DNA of 64,000 nucleotides, from the NCBI RefSeq assembly GCF_009914755.1, contig NC_060942.1; one strand, given 5' to 3'. The notes beneath the pieces are model-generated. The model was given only the letters and a program-made list of their open reading frames with translations. It was not told the DNA's origin and did no database searches. The translations under genes and the position numbers were made by a program. The stretch comes from the human T2T-CHM13v2.0 reference genome, Homo sapiens. How positions within the stretch are numbered: position 1 is the stretch's first letter; each line of letters starts with the position of its first letter. This document shows, in pieces, positions 62,283 to 64,000 of the stretch.

Positions 62283-62544
62283 ATAATTTTGTTTTATTAA
62301 ATGTGACATACGCATATGGAATATAAATCATTTGTCAGTTATCCATTCCATTCTTTTGATATTTGTGATTTCCTGATCATATTCCCTTTTACTCAACAAC
62401 AGGAGATCCACCAGAAAGCAGAGATTATTACACTCTATCCCTTTCTTCTCTGGATCAGGGGTCAACTATAACATCAAAAATAGATACAGATATGTAATTT
62501 TATATGGATATGGATGTATAGATGTTTCTCAATAATAAACCATC

Positions 62545-63065
62545 TGTAATGGACTGATTGCAAAAATGGCCCTGAATTTTCACCTTTTTCTATATTTATT
62601 CCATTTGCAAAGTTACATGTTAGCTCCTCTCATCAAGAAGTAGAGGGTGTTGCCCAACTCTTGTGTCTGGGCTGAGCTGTGGCTTGCTCTAACCAATAGA
62701 ATGCAGCAGAGGTGACTTGGCTTATTATCAGAGTAGGCCTCCCAGGCCTCAAGTGTTTCCACTTCTTCCCTCAGACCCCTGCCTCCACTGTAGGAAAAGC
62801 CGAGACTAGCCTATCACAAGATGAAAGACCACAGAGCAGAAAAAAATCATCCCAACCAAAGCTACCCCAGGCCAGCCTGCCCCAGGCCAATCCACCAGCT
62901 GATGCAAGAGCTAGCCCAGCTGCAATCAGTTAGGCGTGGCCCAGGCCAGCAGAAGGGCTCAGTCATCCCTTAGTGCATGAGCAAAATTAATGCTTATAGT
63001 TGTTAGCCACTGAAAAGCATGCTCAGTTGTCTTATAGTGTTTTGTGGCTAAAAATAACTGACACA
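62545..63065 (+). mobile_element. MLT1H-like LTR
   Basis: tgtaatgg...ccaatagaatgcagcagaggtga...ttagccactga...ataactgacaca (TG...CA termini). Confidence 0.7.
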
Positions 63066-64000
63066 TTATCAGAAAACTCTCTATGGAAACACGCACCGGA
63101 AGCTTCACATTGCTCATGTTCAGGTGCCCAGCAGCCAAAATGTCTTAGTAGGTGCGTCTCTGACTCTACTCCATTGTTCCCCAAACACGTCACTGTTTCT
63201 AGATGCAGCCACCATCTTTTCAGGACAGGTCACACAGTGACTTCACTTTTGCCAATCAGTTGTCAATCTTCATATCTCCTGATTGAGTCCATGAGACAAG
63301 AAGGGCACTTGTATCTGCTGAGGGAATTCAAAATCTGTCATGAATGTGCAGTAATATCTGGAAAAATGAATGTTTCCCTCCACATCCTAATGGCTTATCA
63401 CTGCATAGAAGCACAGTGCTTTCCGAAAGATTCAATATCATGCCTATGTTCAAGAGTGATAGTACACAGGCCAGAAAAGTCAAGAACAAGTTCTTTTCCC
63501 TTCTTGTAATGAGAAGACTGATGTAGACAAAGAGGATGAGTTTTGCAGTATTTAATTAGGATTCACAATAATTGCTTATGTTGAGCCCTTTGAACATGGG
63601 GAATTAAGATTGCAGAATACTTTTTAAAAAATCCCTCTTTTTGTATCTGTGGTAATATGAAGTTTCTTAAGGGTATTCATTTAACAATGACAAATGCATA
63701 TAGGTAAGAATGAGGTTGCAGGTAAATTTATGGTATCAATGTCATGGAGAAATTAATAGGATTTACTACACAACAGGATTTCTTATAGAGCTGTTTTGAA
63801 CATATGAATGATGCATATGTAGTAGGATTGATTTTTAGCTCTTGGCTTTCAAAATCTTTACCATGAAAGACTTGCAGCAGTGGCATTGATTCTTTCATGA
63901 GGTAAATATAGCAGGTGATTAAGTCTGTGACTCACCCTGGAGGCACTGTAGAAGAAGACTTTCTTTTTCCTTGTTTTAAATATCTTAGTTGACTTGCAGT

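Noticed and set aside
63000-63509. 169-aa ORF
   Set aside because: Non-ATG start inside an MLT1 LTR, no recognisable domain or exon structure.

Overview
Primate (very likely human) non-coding genomic DNA: AT-rich, CpG-depleted and dense in interspersed repeats. These include Alu J/S/Y, L1PA and older L1M elements, L2, MIR, MaLR LTRs (THE1, MLT1), an ERV-type LTR, and the DNA transposons MER82, MER44A, MER3 and MER5. I see no recognisable host protein-coding exon, tRNA, rRNA, snRNA or processed pseudogene, and no prokaryotic system. The long ORFs are mostly L1 ORF2 fragments, and the rest look like Alu-derived or chance frames. The most interesting signals are: (1) a solo THE1D-like LTR with an intact DUX4 motif, a TATA-like box and splice donors, pointing at a chain of candidate minus-strand exons (hypothetical LTR-driven lncRNA); (2) a twin-primed 5'-inverted L1 with a 43-bp overlap; (3) several small mutational scars, namely a 32-bp templated copy inside a (TA)n tract, a perfect 24-bp palindrome, a 145-bp tandem duplication and a ~105-bp dispersed duplication. 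Repeat subfamily names come from my recollection of consensus sequences, and boundaries of old repeats are approximate. I cannot support a new biological system from sequence alone.
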